A DNA stretch of 64,000 nt from an uncultured Verrucomicrobiae bacterium (GCA_963735805.1 CAVTMK010000002.1:1536001-1600000); one strand, 5' to 3'. Counted from the stretch's first letter, positions 28,408 through 39,489 are shown. Made by a program: numbers and translations. Notes: generated by a model not told the origin, from the sequence alone.

Positions 28408-30144
28408 TTATGCGATTGTCGGCTCGGTTGTTTCGAGCAAGCTTTGTTCGCACAAGCGCGCGTATTTGCCGCCAAGCGCGAGCAATTGCTCGTGGGTTCC
28501 CCGCTCGACGATACGGCCGTGATCGAGCACGAGAATCTGATCTGCATGCACGACCGTGGAAAGTCGATGCGCGATAACGATGGAAGTCCGGTCGAACATC
28601 AGAGTCTCCAGCGCTTCCTGGATAAGCCGTTCCGTCGTGGTGTCCACGCTCGCCGTCGCTTCATCCAGAACAAGAATTGGCGGATCCTTCAACAGCGCCC
28701 GCGCAATCGAAAGCCGCTGCTTTTCGCCTACACTCAATTTTACTCCACGCTCCCCTACTACGCTGCTCAATCCGTGTGGCAATCGATCGATGAAAGGACG
28801 CGCGTTTGCCACGGCCGCCGCCTCCAGCAATTCTTCATCCGTTGCATCAGGCTTCCCAATTAGCAGGTTCTCGCGGATGGTGCCGTTAAACAAAAAGCAT
28901 TCCTGCGTCACCATCCCTATCTGTTGGCGCAACGCGCGGATGTGCAAGTTACGAATCGGCGTTCCGTCGACCAAAATGTCGCCGTTATCGAACTCGTAGA
29001 AGCGCGTGAGCAAATTGATCACAGTGGATTTTCCCGAGCCGGTCGGGCCGACAAGCGCGATCGTCTCACCTGGCCGTGCGTGAAATGAAATGTCACTTAA
29101 CGTCGGTAGTTCTCCGGAATAACTGAAACTGACGTGCCGGAACTCAATTTCGCCGCGCACTGTCTCAGCCAGCGCGTTGCCCCCCTCGGGCTCGCTCGTT
29201 GAATCGAGAATTTCAAAGACGCGTTCGCCCGCGGCACGGCCTGCCTGCATTAGTTGATTGAGTTCATGCAGTTTGCCTATTGGCTCGTAGAGAAAACTCG
29301 CGAGAACAAGGAAAGCGCCAAGATCGCCCAGCTGTAAAGCTCCCGATAGAATATCGTGCGCCCCCACGGCTACGACCAGCAGCACGCCTAGCGAGCCGAA
29401 CAAATACATCGAAGAATGGTAAAGTGCCCATATCCGCGTGACGACGAGACTGGCGCGCCGCAACTCGTCGCTCTCTTTGTTGAACCGACGATCTTCCTCA
29501 TCCTCACGCACAAAACTTTTGATCTGACGAATGCCGGAAAGATTGTCGTGGAGGACCGAATTCATCGCTGAAGCGGCGCGGCGATGCACCCGGTAGCGCC
29601 GGTGCGCCGTGAGCGTATACCAAAGCGCGCCGCCGGCAAGGAACGGCACTGGCGTGAGTGCGAGCAGCGTCAGTTTTGTGCTGAGGTAAAACATTCCCGC
29701 AACCACCACCAGAATTTGCAACACAGCTACCGTGCCTTTCTCGATGCCGTCGATCAGGACGCGCTCGACCGAGTTCACGTCCTCCAGGACCCGCGTCATC
29801 AGATCGCCCGTGGCGCGATTATCGAACCAGCGCAGCGGAAGAGTCTGGATGTGTGAATACAGATCGCGCCGCAGATCGAAGATCACTTTTTGCTCAAAGG
29901 CGTTGTTGAGCAGGAGACGAAGATAATCCAAGCCTCTCTGAATAAACATGGCTAAAGCCACGAGCATGAGCAACGGTACCAAACGTTCGGCGTGGTGACC
30001 GTTGATAACGTTATCAAGAATATATTTCGTCGCCGCAGGAGGAACAGCGACCATGAGCGTGCCTCCGATCGCGCAAGCGAGCGTCGCTATCGCGAGCAGC
30101 GGATAGCGTCTTAGATAAACAAAAACGCGCCAGACTGTTTTCAT
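28408..30144 (-). CDS. ABC exporter, fused permease/ATPase (MsbA-like)
   Basis: TM domain plus GPTGSGKST, LSVGEKQR, LDEATASVD, IAHRLST. Confidence 0.93.
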   Translation of the reverse strand: MKTVWRVFVYLRRYPLLAIATLACAIGGTLMVAVPPAATKYILDNVINGHHAERLVPLLMLVALAMFIQRGLDYLRLLLNNAFEQKVIFDLRRDLYSHIQTLPLRWFDNRATGDLMTRVLEDVNSVERVLIDGIEKGTVAVLQILVVVAGMFYLSTKLTLLALTPVPFLAGGALWYTLTAHRRYRVHRRAASAMNSVLHDNLSGIRQIKSFVREDEEDRRFNKESDELRRASLVVTRIWALYHSSMYLFGSLGVLLVVAVGAHDILSGALQLGDLGAFLVLASFLYEPIGKLHELNQLMQAGRAAGERVFEILDSTSEPEGGNALAETVRGEIEFRHVSFSYSGELPTLSDISFHARPGETIALVGPTGSGKSTVINLLTRFYEFDNGDILVDGTPIRNLHIRALRQQIGMVTQECFLFNGTIRENLLIGKPDATDEELLEAAAVANARPFIDRLPHGLSSVVGERGVKLSVGEKQRLSIARALLKDPPILVLDEATASVDTTTERLIQEALETLMFDRTSIVIAHRLSTVVHADQILVLDHGRIVERGTHEQLLALGGKYARLCEQSLLETTEPTIA

Positions 30145-30216
30145 TTTCCCCTGAAGACTCACCGACCTGACTCAAGTTTCAAGGCCTAATGGGCTCTAGT
30201 GGCTCCCAAGCCCCCA

Positions 30217-31518
30217 TCAAATAATGCGATAATCCCTCAGTTCTTTAAAAAAGGTCGAGACCGCAGTTTTGACTACGACCACCGCGGGAATAGCGAACAA
30301 CATGCCCCACAAACCCATGATCAGAGAGCCGCCGATGATCGCGATAACGACCACAAGCGGATGAACGTTGACCGCGCTGCCAAGGACAAGAGGCTGAAAG
30401 ACAACGTCGTCCAGCACGTGCACAATCACGACCAGGATGAGCACATATATCGCCAGATCATTCGGATTCAGACCGGGAATGAGGGGCCTTATGTTTTCCG
30501 CGATTAACGCATAACCAACACCAATCACCAGGGCGATGACCGTGCCTAAAAACGGAATTGCGTTAAGGAGCCCGGACACTACGCCTATGGCCACCGCGAT
30601 CCCCCACGGAATGCCAAGGAGGATCAATCCGAATGTGAGAGTCAGGCCGACAAGGAAACATTCCGTCAACGTTCCGCGTAAGTACCTGCCGATGGCATCG
30701 TCGAGTTCGTCAATCACTGTCAGCGACAACTCAAAATAGCGGTTGGGCACAAGACCGATGAAAAAGCGGCGGATCTGTCCGTTATCGAAACCAAGGAAGA
30801 TAAAAATCAACGGCGCCAACATCCACGCGGATACTTTACTCTCGAGGCTCGTCCCCTCCTCCGCAGCCGGAGGTTGAGCCGCAGCAGCTGCCGCCGGGAC
30901 TGTGGGCGATGCTTCTCCAACTGCAGGCTTTTCGGGAACTACGTACTTGCCGCTCTTTTGGTTCGCCCAAAAGTAATCAACAAATTTATTCTCAATCGGC
31001 GGTTTGCCGTTGTATCCCCCGGCATATTTCAGGAACAATTCGCGTTCTTCCCGGTTAAGTGCGAGGGCCTGATTGACCTTATCCATAAGCGGGCCAACTT
31101 CTTTTTCGATTAACGGTGCTATGGCGTTTGATTTTCCCTCCGGTGATTTCGCCACCAACTGCTGGTACCTTTGATTCAATTTGTATTTGAGGCGGACCTT
31201 GAATTCGAGCTTCTCCTCTTCATCGGGAATGTGTTTACGTAGAGTGTTGAACGCGAAAAACAGGACAATGCCGATGAGCGCGAAGGAACAAAGAACTTGA
31301 AGCTCATGAGGGAGCCATCGGACTCGAAAGCGATCTTTTACCGGGCGGAAGAGGAATGCCAGCAGGGCGCCGACTATGATCGGCAGAATAAGACCACTTA
31401 ATTTCCAGATCAGGAATCCGCCCACAATCAGGGCAAGGATCGCAAATGTAAGATAAAAGATTCTGCGCCGGATTCTGCGCTCTCGCTCTTTCTGTTCGAC
31501 GTCCTGGCCGTTGCTCAT
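30217..31518 (-). CDS. AI-2E family transporter
   Basis: TM pattern; IPFLG, QP.VLG.AV.VHP..V..AI..G....G.WGM.FAIP. Confidence 0.9.
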   Translation of the reverse strand: MSNGQDVEQKERERRIRRRIFYLTFAILALIVGGFLIWKLSGLILPIIVGALLAFLFRPVKDRFRVRWLPHELQVLCSFALIGIVLFFAFNTLRKHIPDEEEKLEFKVRLKYKLNQRYQQLVAKSPEGKSNAIAPLIEKEVGPLMDKVNQALALNREERELFLKYAGGYNGKPPIENKFVDYFWANQKSGKYVVPEKPAVGEASPTVPAAAAAAQPPAAEEGTSLESKVSAWMLAPLIFIFLGFDNGQIRRFFIGLVPNRYFELSLTVIDELDDAIGRYLRGTLTECFLVGLTLTFGLILLGIPWGIAVAIGVVSGLLNAIPFLGTVIALVIGVGYALIAENIRPLIPGLNPNDLAIYVLILVVIVHVLDDVVFQPLVLGSAVNVHPLVVVIAIIGGSLIMGLWGMLFAIPAVVVVKTAVSTFFKELRDYRII

Positions 31519-32057
31519 CCTAATCCGGCCGTGTCCACAAGAGTTTTCATCTGCACCAATTCATTCGTCGAGCGAAGACGATCGCCGATCATTGTCGCAA
31601 GCGAGCGGTAAATCTGGCAGGCGGTTCGGGGATGGCGATGCCTCAAACTGTTAAGGTCGTTTCGATAAAGCGCCAGTGTCCGAGTGCGTTCCAAGGCACG
31701 AGCATTGGCGGAACGCGGCGTGTCATCCAGCAAGGCCATCTCTCCGAAAAATGCACCGCTTTCTAAAACTGCCAGGCGCGCCGTGCTGGTCTCACGGTAA
31801 ATTTCCACTGCCACTTTACCATCCAAAATTAGAAATAGCGCCGCACCGGGTTGGCCCTCCTCAAAAATTGATTCGTCCGTGTCATAGGTACGTTCAAACA
31901 TAATGTCAGAGACATTTTTGAGTTGCCGGTTTGAGAGTCGATCAAAGAACGGAACCGTTTTAAGGAATTGAATGCGATCCAATTGAGCGCTTGAGTGTTT
32001 CCAGCGGCCCAGCGTTTCCCATAGCAATTTATCAGCGGCGAATTTTCGAGCCGACAT
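31515..32057 (-). CDS. Cyclic nucleotide-binding domain protein
   Basis: IFEEGQPG.ALFLIL.G.V, FFGEMALLD..PRSANA; ATGA overlap with the AI-2E gene. Start is uncertain (32057 or 32078). Confidence 0.9.
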   Translation of the reverse strand: MSARKFAADKLLWETLGRWKHSSAQLDRIQFLKTVPFFDRLSNRQLKNVSDIMFERTYDTDESIFEEGQPGAALFLILDGKVAVEIYRETSTARLAVLESGAFFGEMALLDDTPRSANARALERTRTLALYRNDLNSLRHRHPRTACQIYRSLATMIGDRLRSTNELVQMKTLVDTAGLG

Positions 32058-32353
32058 TGATTTAATCCGTTGAAACAACTTCGGTCAGGGACTCAATCAG
32101 AACATCCCGTCGTGATTACGCCGATGGTAGTAAGGATGCCTCAGCAATTTCAATCGAAAAGATTGAGTATTCTGCTTCCTAAAATGCCAAACGATTTGGC
32201 ATCACTGCGAGGTGCAGCCTTTGAGCGCTATCTAATAATAGTAAGAGATACCGGGGAGTTCCCGTTCGTGGATGCGCGCAGAAAGTAAATCCCGGCTGAT
32301 TTTGATAAGCTAGCCGACCCTAAAAGAACACACCTGTCGGTGTAGAAATCCGG

Positions 32354-32866
32354 TCAATTCGAGGATTGGCGTGACTTCCGCGACCGTTTACTCTTTCGGG
32401 GCCCAGCGGAGCTCGCCTCACCCCGTAGGAACCGCTGCAGAAGTTGTCGAGCGCGTCGTTCGTTTTGTCGTTCGTTCCACCAACGGTTGGTGCTGGCAGG
32501 ATGTGGAAAGATCAAGAACCGGCGTCCGTAAACGCTTATCTCAGCCAGAAAAGGCAAGTCGCGGAAACCGAAGCAGCGCGCGACGTTCTTACCGAGCAGG
32601 ACGATCCGCTCAACGCGCCAATCTAATAGGACGTCGGCGGCGTTGACGTTGCCTTTTGCGTGGTCGAAGCCGTTGTAGCGTTTCGAGTTATTGTCCGGGT
32701 TCAAATGCTTCCGGCGACACGCGAGCAGTTCGTTGTAACTCATTCCGGCCAACCGCGCGATCTTTTGGCCGTTCGGGCCGGCTAATGGTTTGCGAGGGTC
32801 GCCTCGCCGCGATGGCGCTTGACCGACTAGTCCGATCTTGCGCGTCTGGATCTTCTTCCGTTTCAT
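32354..32866 (-). CDS. Minimal uracil-DNA glycosylase superfamily-like protein
   Basis: LVGQAPS, IVLLGKNVA..F, FPHPASTNRWWN. Confidence 0.65.
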   Translation of the reverse strand: MKRKKIQTRKIGLVGQAPSRRGDPRKPLAGPNGQKIARLAGMSYNELLACRRKHLNPDNNSKRYNGFDHAKGNVNAADVLLDWRVERIVLLGKNVARCFGFRDLPFLAEISVYGRRFLIFPHPASTNRWWNERQNERRARQLLQRFLRGEASSAGPRKSKRSRKSRQSSN

Positions 32867-33079
32867 ATGCTGTCAAGTCACGATTAGATTGCTACCTGAT
32901 TTTTGCGAGGCAATCTAATTTCTTTTTGATAGTGACCATCAAGCAAATTTTCATATTCCAAGAACCACAGGCAAACCAATTTCGCCAGGGTTATCTCGTC
33001 GATAGCCGATCAAAAACGTCACTGTTTTCGGACGAAATTTTCGGCATGCAAACTAAGCCTGGCTACGCTTTTTGTCACT

Positions 33080-33580
33080 TCACCGCAAATAATCATGCGC
33101 GTTACGAAGATACAGAACCAGATCGTAGCCTTGACCGCTCGGAAATGGTTTCCCGTCGATCTTGAATCCACAGTCGAACGCGAAACTCCGGACTCGCTCG
33201 TCTGCCCGGGTCGTTGCGAAAATATTCTCATTCTTCACGAAGCCAAGTAGCTCACTGACGATGCGGGTCGAGAGTCGTCGCCCTTGGTACGATTTGGCCA
33301 CCACGACCCAACCCAATTCAACAGGGTATTCGTCTGCTGAAACGGTTGCTCGCGCGTCGACGAACACCTTATTTCGGTACTCTGATCTGGGGTGTTTTAA
33401 CGCGCCTGCTCCAATGAGTTGATTATCTGGCGCGCGAAGAAACAACAAACGAGAAGCGTCACGAATCCGTTGCGTTAAGCCTTGTGGATTAACAGCGCCG
33501 CCTTCGACGACAAGCTTCTCGAAATCGGCTAACGCCTGCGCTGTGCAATCCGAGGGCAGAAATATTGACGAAGTTAGCAT
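33080..33580 (-). CDS. GNAT-fold protein
   Basis: ELGWVVVAKSYQGRRLS (motif A-like), IFATTR, GF...G. Confidence 0.75.
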   Translation of the reverse strand: MLTSSIFLPSDCTAQALADFEKLVVEGGAVNPQGLTQRIRDASRLLFLRAPDNQLIGAGALKHPRSEYRNKVFVDARATVSADEYPVELGWVVVAKSYQGRRLSTRIVSELLGFVKNENIFATTRADERVRSFAFDCGFKIDGKPFPSGQGYDLVLYLRNAHDYLR

Positions 33581-33626
33581 CGCGGTGCCGAGTTACTTCG
33601 CTTTCGAATGCAGACGGCGCGTACAG

Positions 33627-34208
33627 CTACCTTGGAGCGGCGAATGAGCGAAACCGCACGTCGCGCCCAGTTCCATTCCATTCGTCGAATGTTGCGCCGG
33701 CTGTGATCTGAAACTTATCGTTGCCTACCGTGCCGACCACATACGTCTCCCACATGTTGCCGCCGCCTTTGCCGCTCCATTGCCCATACACGAAGCCCAC
33801 TTCCCCGCCGGAATAGATCGGTGTGGACCTCAGCATCTCCTGGGGCAAATCTTTTCCGTCTGTTCCAGAATTCACAGATCGAGAATTATGAACTCCGTTT
33901 GTTTGGGATCCGGAGACTACCTCAGGGGTCCAAAACGCAGCCGGAAAGAAATCCAGCGACACCATGCCGGTTTGAGTCAATGCATTCTCACTTGCCAGCC
34001 AGCCCCCGTCCGACCAGGGCCTGACCGGACCTCTGCGGAATAGAAGAAAGCTGTCGCCCGCACCCGAGATTTTGGGCTGATAAAGATCCATCGCAAAAGC
34101 GGGATCAAAAGCACCAACAGGCCACTCCGGACGGGTCGCTTGCTGCGCTACGGCCGGAAGGCACGCACCGACCAAACCCAGAGCGACGCAAAGCGCGCGC
34201 TTAACCAT
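33627..34208 (-). CDS. Secreted hypothetical protein
   Basis: Signal peptide; C-terminal beta-strand-rich segment GGEVGFVYGQW...YVVGTVGNDKFQITAG. Confidence 0.7.
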   Translation of the reverse strand: MVKRALCVALGLVGACLPAVAQQATRPEWPVGAFDPAFAMDLYQPKISGAGDSFLLFRRGPVRPWSDGGWLASENALTQTGMVSLDFFPAAFWTPEVVSGSQTNGVHNSRSVNSGTDGKDLPQEMLRSTPIYSGGEVGFVYGQWSGKGGGNMWETYVVGTVGNDKFQITAGATFDEWNGTGRDVRFRSFAAPR

Positions 34209-34278
34209 GACCCCAATTCACATCGAAATAATGAGAAGCGCCAGCAAAATTTTCGGCGCGCTTTAACGACGCAACTGT

Positions 34279-35238
34279 TTAACGAGTTAACGACTCCTTA
34301 AAATACTCGATTGTCGTCTTGATTCCTTCCTCGAAATCGATGTGTGGTTCCCAACCGAGGACTTCTTTTGCGCGCGAGATATCCGGTTGACGCACTCTCG
34401 GATCATCGATAGGCAATGGTTTATATTCGATTGCCGATTTTGTTCCGGTGATGCGAATGATTTCCTCGGCGAATTGTTTGATGGTCATCTCCCGCGGATT
34501 ACCGAGGTTAACCGGTTCATGGAAATCGCTCATGGCCAGCCTGAAAATTCCGTCAATCAAATCGGACACATAACAAAACGAGCGCGTTTGTGAGCCGTCG
34601 CCAAACACGGTCAGTGGCTGGCCGTTCAACGCCTGCCCGATGAACGCCGGCACCACGCGTCCATCACGCAACCGCATTCTCGGCCCGTATGTGTTGAATA
34701 TCCGCACGATCCTGGTGTCGACGCGATGATAGCGATGATATGCCATTGTCATCGCCTCCGCATAACGTTTGGCTTCATCGTAAACGCCGCGTGGCCCGAT
34801 CGGATTGACATTGCCCCAGTAATCCTCCTTTTGCGGATGTTCGAGCGGATCGCCGTACGTTTCCGATGTTGAGGCAAGAATGAACGCGGCGTTTTTATCC
34901 TTGGCCAAACCCAGGGTATTGTGCGTGCCCAGCGCGCCTACTTTCAGCGTAGGGATCGGAAGTTCGAGATAATCGATCGGACTGGCTGGGGAAGCGAAAT
35001 GAAATACGTAATCAATTTTCTTTTCCGGCAGAAAAATAAAATTCGAAACATTATGTTTGATGAATCGGAAATTCTCGTTCCCGGCAAGGTGGCCGATGTT
35101 AGCTGTATTGCCGGTGATCAAATTGTCGACGGCAATCACTCGATGACCTTCCGCAAGCAGTCGATCGCTCAAATGCGACCCCAGAAACCCAGCCGCGCCG
35201 GTGACGACGGAAACAGGCTGAGAATTCTTCATGGCCAT
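34279..35238 (-). CDS. UDP-glucuronate decarboxylase (extended SDR)
   Basis: [44 protein letters not shown]. Confidence 0.93.
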   Translation of the reverse strand: MAMKNSQPVSVVTGAAGFLGSHLSDRLLAEGHRVIAVDNLITGNTANIGHLAGNENFRFIKHNVSNFIFLPEKKIDYVFHFASPASPIDYLELPIPTLKVGALGTHNTLGLAKDKNAAFILASTSETYGDPLEHPQKEDYWGNVNPIGPRGVYDEAKRYAEAMTMAYHRYHRVDTRIVRIFNTYGPRMRLRDGRVVPAFIGQALNGQPLTVFGDGSQTRSFCYVSDLIDGIFRLAMSDFHEPVNLGNPREMTIKQFAEEIIRITGTKSAIEYKPLPIDDPRVRQPDISRAKEVLGWEPHIDFEEGIKTTIEYFKESLTR

Positions 35239-35493
35239 TGCGCGGTCTATCTAATGTCGGCGGCGCAAGTTTACCAGTATGAATTGGTGGACAACGACAA
35301 ATGAGCAATGGTTTCGCCACGTTAAAGCGCTGAACCGCAAACACGACGTAACAGTGTAACCATTTACGAATCACAGGGCTGTCACTCTTATCGTTCGTTC
35401 GTCAATCGTCATTTCCCATATCCGATCTTGCATGATGGCCAACAGCATGTTCGCTTTTCGCCTTAGAACTTGACACCTCACTCGTAAAAATTC

Positions 35494-36474
35494 ATGCGTA
35501 TTCTATCCGGAATTCAGCCCAGTGGCGTTCTGCACATCGGCAACTATTTCGGGATGATGAAGCCGGCTATCGCGCTTCAATCCGAAGGCGAAGCACTTTA
35601 TTTCATTGCCGATTATCACGCGCTTACCAGCCTGCGCGATCCGGAAACACTGCGGGAGAACAGCCGCCGCGTTGCGCTCGATTTTCTGGCGTGCGGACTC
35701 GATCCCGAGCGGGCCACGTTTTTTCGGCACTCGGACGTTCCGCAAGTCACCGAGCTCGCCTGGATCCTGTCGACAGTGGCGCCGATGGGTTTGCTGGAGC
35801 GTGCACACTCTTATAAGGACAAACTCGCTCGCGGGTTGTCCGCCACAGTGGGCTTGTTCAGTTACCCGGTGCTAATGGCGGCGGACATTTTGATCTACGA
35901 CAGCGATGTTGTGCCGGTAGGCAAGGATCAAAAACAGCACATCGAAATCACGCGCGATCTCGCCGTGAAAATGAACGAAACCTTCGGACATTCCAAGCCG
36001 GCCGAGCAGATTTTCAAGTTGCCCCAAGCGCGCGTCCAGCATGCGACAGAAACCGTGCCTGGCATCGACGGTCAGAAAATGAGCAAGAGCTACGGCAACA
36101 ATATCGACATTTTCGGCGACGAAAAAGAGATGAGAAAACGTGTCATGAGTATCGTGACCGACTCCACGCCGGTGGAAACGGCGAAGGACCCGGCGAAATC
36201 AACCATCTTCAGGCTTTACTCGCTGGTTAGCTCCAAGGATGAAATCGCGGCGATGCGCGAGCAGTTTTTAAAAGGCGGAACGGGCTATGGCGATTTCAAG
36301 AAACAACTTTTTGAGAAACTTTGGGAATACTTCGCGCCGATGCGCAAACGCCGAGAAGAAATTCTCGCCGACAAATCGTACGTCGACAGCGTTCTCGAAA
36401 AAGGTGCGACGCGTGCAAATGAAATTGCCGACCAAGTCATGAAACGCGTTCGCAAAGCAGTAGGCCTGCGCTAG
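35494..36474 (+). CDS. trpS: Tryptophan--tRNA ligase
   Basis: SGIQPSG.LHIGNY, YPVLMAADIL, VPVGKDQKQH, KMSKS. Confidence 0.97.
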   Translation: MRILSGIQPSGVLHIGNYFGMMKPAIALQSEGEALYFIADYHALTSLRDPETLRENSRRVALDFLACGLDPERATFFRHSDVPQVTELAWILSTVAPMGLLERAHSYKDKLARGLSATVGLFSYPVLMAADILIYDSDVVPVGKDQKQHIEITRDLAVKMNETFGHSKPAEQIFKLPQARVQHATETVPGIDGQKMSKSYGNNIDIFGDEKEMRKRVMSIVTDSTPVETAKDPAKSTIFRLYSLVSSKDEIAAMREQFLKGGTGYGDFKKQLFEKLWEYFAPMRKRREEILADKSYVDSVLEKGATRANEIADQVMKRVRKAVGLR

Positions 36475-36530
36475 TGCCCATGCGGGATTAGGTTTCCTTA
36501 GTCAGTTGGGAAAATCTATTTCGGACGGTC

Positions 36531-37400
36531 TCACCGCCCCCGGCCTTGACGAGTTGGTTTAGTCTGCTCCTGGGGTTTGGTCTGAGTAGTTGCAGCACTG
36601 TCGCGGTAAAACAAAACGCCGTGCGCTCTCAAATTGCTAATCAGCGCGTGCAGATCGTTAGCCAACTGCTGGTTGTTCAGGAGAGTCGCCACCAAGCCTT
36701 TTCCTTGTGTTGCGGTGCGAAGGATCTTGCGCGTGTCATCGATCGCATTTTGCAAGTTGTCAGCTGCTTCCTTCGCGGAAGTCATCGTGGAACCCGCCTT
36801 TTCAATGACTCCGTCCAGTTTCTTCGAGGATTCTGCCAGTGCGGTTGTAGCCTGGTTCAGATGCTCCATACTCGCCTTAAGGTTTTGCATGTTCTGGGTA
36901 GAGAGGGTTTCTTGATTCAATTTCTGCACAGTACCGCGAACGTCGGTTAACAGAGCTCCACCTTCTCGCGTGATGTCGTCTATGCCGGTCTCGCGCGCGC
37001 CGCTGACATATGCGTTCGGCGGCAGATAGGCCTTTGGCTGCCCGGGCGGCATCGTCACATTTACAAACCGATCGCCCAGCAAACCAGAACTTCCGACTGT
37101 GAATTTGGTTCCCTCAGGGATCTTAATGTAATCATAAATTTTCAGCGGCACAGCAATGCCACTCCCTTCGCGAACCAGCCGCGGAGCACCCGCGACCTTT
37201 CCAATTCTCGCGCCGGAGAGCAAAACGTCGGTGCCTTTCAAGAGTCCGCTCGCATCGTTGAAGCGAACGGTCAGGGTGTAATAGGCCTTGAAACCCTCTC
37301 CCAGTCTCCCGAATTGCACGAGCAGCGCGCCCAGCATCGCCAATCCCACAAAAACGAAAACACCGACTTTAAATTCCAAACCTCTCTCGTGCCGATTCAT
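36531..37400 (-). CDS. mlaD: MCE/MlaD family protein
   Basis: EFKVGVFV TM, F.DASGL..G.DV...G..IGKV, GLLGDRFV. Confidence 0.9.
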   Translation of the reverse strand: MNRHERGLEFKVGVFVFVGLAMLGALLVQFGRLGEGFKAYYTLTVRFNDASGLLKGTDVLLSGARIGKVAGAPRLVREGSGIAVPLKIYDYIKIPEGTKFTVGSSGLLGDRFVNVTMPPGQPKAYLPPNAYVSGARETGIDDITREGGALLTDVRGTVQKLNQETLSTQNMQNLKASMEHLNQATTALAESSKKLDGVIEKAGSTMTSAKEAADNLQNAIDDTRKILRTATQGKGLVATLLNNQQLANDLHALISNLRAHGVLFYRDSAATTQTKPQEQTKPTRQGRGR

Positions 37401-37427
37401 CAGTTTCGAACTCTCACATTTCAGTCC

Positions 37428-38252
37428 TTAACCCTCAACTGGGTTTCCGCGTTGCCCGTCGGATCGTCCGAGGAGAAAATCCTGGATCAGGGGATCGCTC
37501 GATTGCTGGAGTTCGGCCGAAGTTCCGTGAAAATAAATTCGGCCCTTGTGCAGGTAAGCGATTCGGTCGGCCACGTCGAACGCATTTTTCATATCGTGGG
37601 TTACGACAATGCTGGTCATTCCAAACCGATGTTGCAGCCTGCGAATCAGTCGGTTGATGCTGTCCGCCACTACCGGATCGAGCCCAGATGTAGGCTCGTC
37701 ATACAACACACAAGAGGGTCGGCGAATGATGGAGCGCGCCAGACCAACCCGTTTCTTCATTCCGCCACTCAAACTCTCCGGCATCTTTTCTCCCTGTCCC
37801 TCCATTTCCATTACTTCAAGCATCTCCGAGACCTTTGCGCGTAAAACTTTCGGATCGCGCTCGCCCGCTTCGCGCAAGGGAAATGCGATATTTTCTTCGA
37901 CCGTCATGGAATCGAAAAGCGCGCCGCCTTGAAAAAGAATACCAACCTTTTTTCGGATTTCCCCGAGCTGGCGTTCGCTCATTCGGATAATGTCTTGACC
38001 CTGGATCCAAATTTCGCCGGCGTCCGGCTCCATCAATCCGACGATATGCTTGAGCAAAACACTCTTGCCGCCCCCGCTGCGTCCGATGATGGCAAGGGTT
38101 TCGCCGGTTGCGACTTCAAGGTCGATGCCACGTAGAATTTCCTGCTCGCCAAATTTCTTCATCAATCCCCGCACCGCGATCATTGGTGAAGATTTGCTCG
38201 AACCCAAACGAGGCTTATTAGAGGCCTTGGGAGATGTTGGCGCTTCGGTCAT
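37428..38252 (-). CDS. mlaF: MlaF-type ABC ATPase
   Basis: GRSGGGKS, FQGGALFDSMTVEEN, LSGGMKKRVGLAR, YDEPTSGLDP. Confidence 0.92.
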   Translation of the reverse strand: MTEAPTSPKASNKPRLGSSKSSPMIAVRGLMKKFGEQEILRGIDLEVATGETLAIIGRSGGGKSVLLKHIVGLMEPDAGEIWIQGQDIIRMSERQLGEIRKKVGILFQGGALFDSMTVEENIAFPLREAGERDPKVLRAKVSEMLEVMEMEGQGEKMPESLSGGMKKRVGLARSIIRRPSCVLYDEPTSGLDPVVADSINRLIRRLQHRFGMTSIVVTHDMKNAFDVADRIAYLHKGRIYFHGTSAELQQSSDPLIQDFLLGRSDGQRGNPVEG

Positions 38253-38303
38253 CGCAACGCACAGACTCTCAACTCGCCCCTCTCAACTCTCAACTGCGCA
38301 GTA

Positions 38304-39104
38304 TTACTGATATCCTGCCGGGTAAATGATGTTGAACAACATGGTGAGGAAAAAATTGCAAATTAAAACCGCCAGCGAGGAGTTCACTACCGCTTCAGTT
38401 GTGGCCCGACCGACGCCCACCGCGCCTTCGCGTGTGGTCAATCCTTTCTGGCAACTAATGAACACGATGAGTATTCCGAAACAGAACGCTTTTGACAGAC
38501 CCATAATGATGTCGCGACTGCGGGTCCAGCGCACCATGTTCGCCATATAGTAAGTGCCATTAATGTCGAGCATGAAGATCGCTACGAGATAGCCGGAGGC
38601 GATGCCGACGGCGATGCATTCCGCCACCAGCAAAGGCATCGAGACCATCATCGCAAGCGCGCGCGGCACGACCAGATAATCAATGGGGTAAACCGCCAGC
38701 GCGCGCAACGCATCGATTTGCTCGGTGACTTTCATGGTGCCAATCTCGGCCGACATCGCCGCCCCGACGCGTCCGGCCACCATCAAAGCGGTTAGGACCG
38801 GGGCCAGCTCGCGGCACAGAGACACCGAAACCACCGCTCCGACAGCGGAGCCCATTCCCAGCTTGTTAAATTGGAAAAATGTTTGGGCCGAGAACACCGC
38901 ACCGGTGAATCCGCCCGTGATTATGACGACGAGCTGCGAGAGCAATCCAATCTCGACGACTTGGTTGAGAAACAACTTCCAGCGGAGCTTGTGCGTGAAG
39001 ATGGAACGAAAGGTGTCGGCTGCGAGCAGGACGAGTTCCCCCAGATATTGAATAAAGGAGAGCAGTGGCGCTCCCAGCGCGGTGAAGAATCGTGTCATCA
39101 TCAA
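38304..39104 (-). CDS. mlaE: MlaE-type permease
   Basis: RELAPVLTALMVAGRVGAAMSAEIGTMKVTEQIDAL; GAVGVGRATT.AVV. Confidence 0.93.
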   Translation of the reverse strand: MMMTRFFTALGAPLLSFIQYLGELVLLAADTFRSIFTHKLRWKLFLNQVVEIGLLSQLVVIITGGFTGAVFSAQTFFQFNKLGMGSAVGAVVSVSLCRELAPVLTALMVAGRVGAAMSAEIGTMKVTEQIDALRALAVYPIDYLVVPRALAMMVSMPLLVAECIAVGIASGYLVAIFMLDINGTYYMANMVRWTRSRDIIMGLSKAFCFGILIVFISCQKGLTTREGAVGVGRATTEAVVNSSLAVLICNFFLTMLFNIIYPAGYQ

Positions 39105-39225
39105 GTCAGGTGATTAGTGATTGGTGAACGGTGAAGCTGCAAGGATGTTCTCCAACTTATTGAACAGCGGCTTTTCGCCCGATGCCTGCGCTGCCGGTCA
39201 TGCGGCCACCGAATCCGCCCCTCTT

Positions 39226-39489
39226 TTAAATGTTTAATGGCTCCGTCTTTGTTCTCGGCCGGAGCTCGGGCGGAATGGCGCCGATGAACAAAGGCTCCAG
39301 TCCAAGCTTAAGAAAAATCGCTCGAATCTCACGCAGGCTCAGCGTCGGTCGGTCAAGCTCGAGATATACAAGATCGTGGTTCGTATCAACTTTGTAATAA
39401 AGACCTGCAATTGGCTCGAGCTGAAGATCTAGCTCCAGGATTTTGTTCAAGTCACGCAAACCCCGAGCATACACTTCCAGTTCGATCAT
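39226..39489 (-). CDS. Small hypothetical protein
   Basis: 87 aa ORF with alternating beta/alpha character. Confidence 0.6.
   Translation of the reverse strand: MIELEVYARGLRDLNKILELDLQLEPIAGLYYKVDTNHDLVYLELDRPTLSLREIRAIFLKLGLEPLFIGAIPPELRPRTKTEPLNI

Noticed and set aside
32070..32288. 72-aa ORF
   Set aside because: No SD or motif support; cannot be told from chance.
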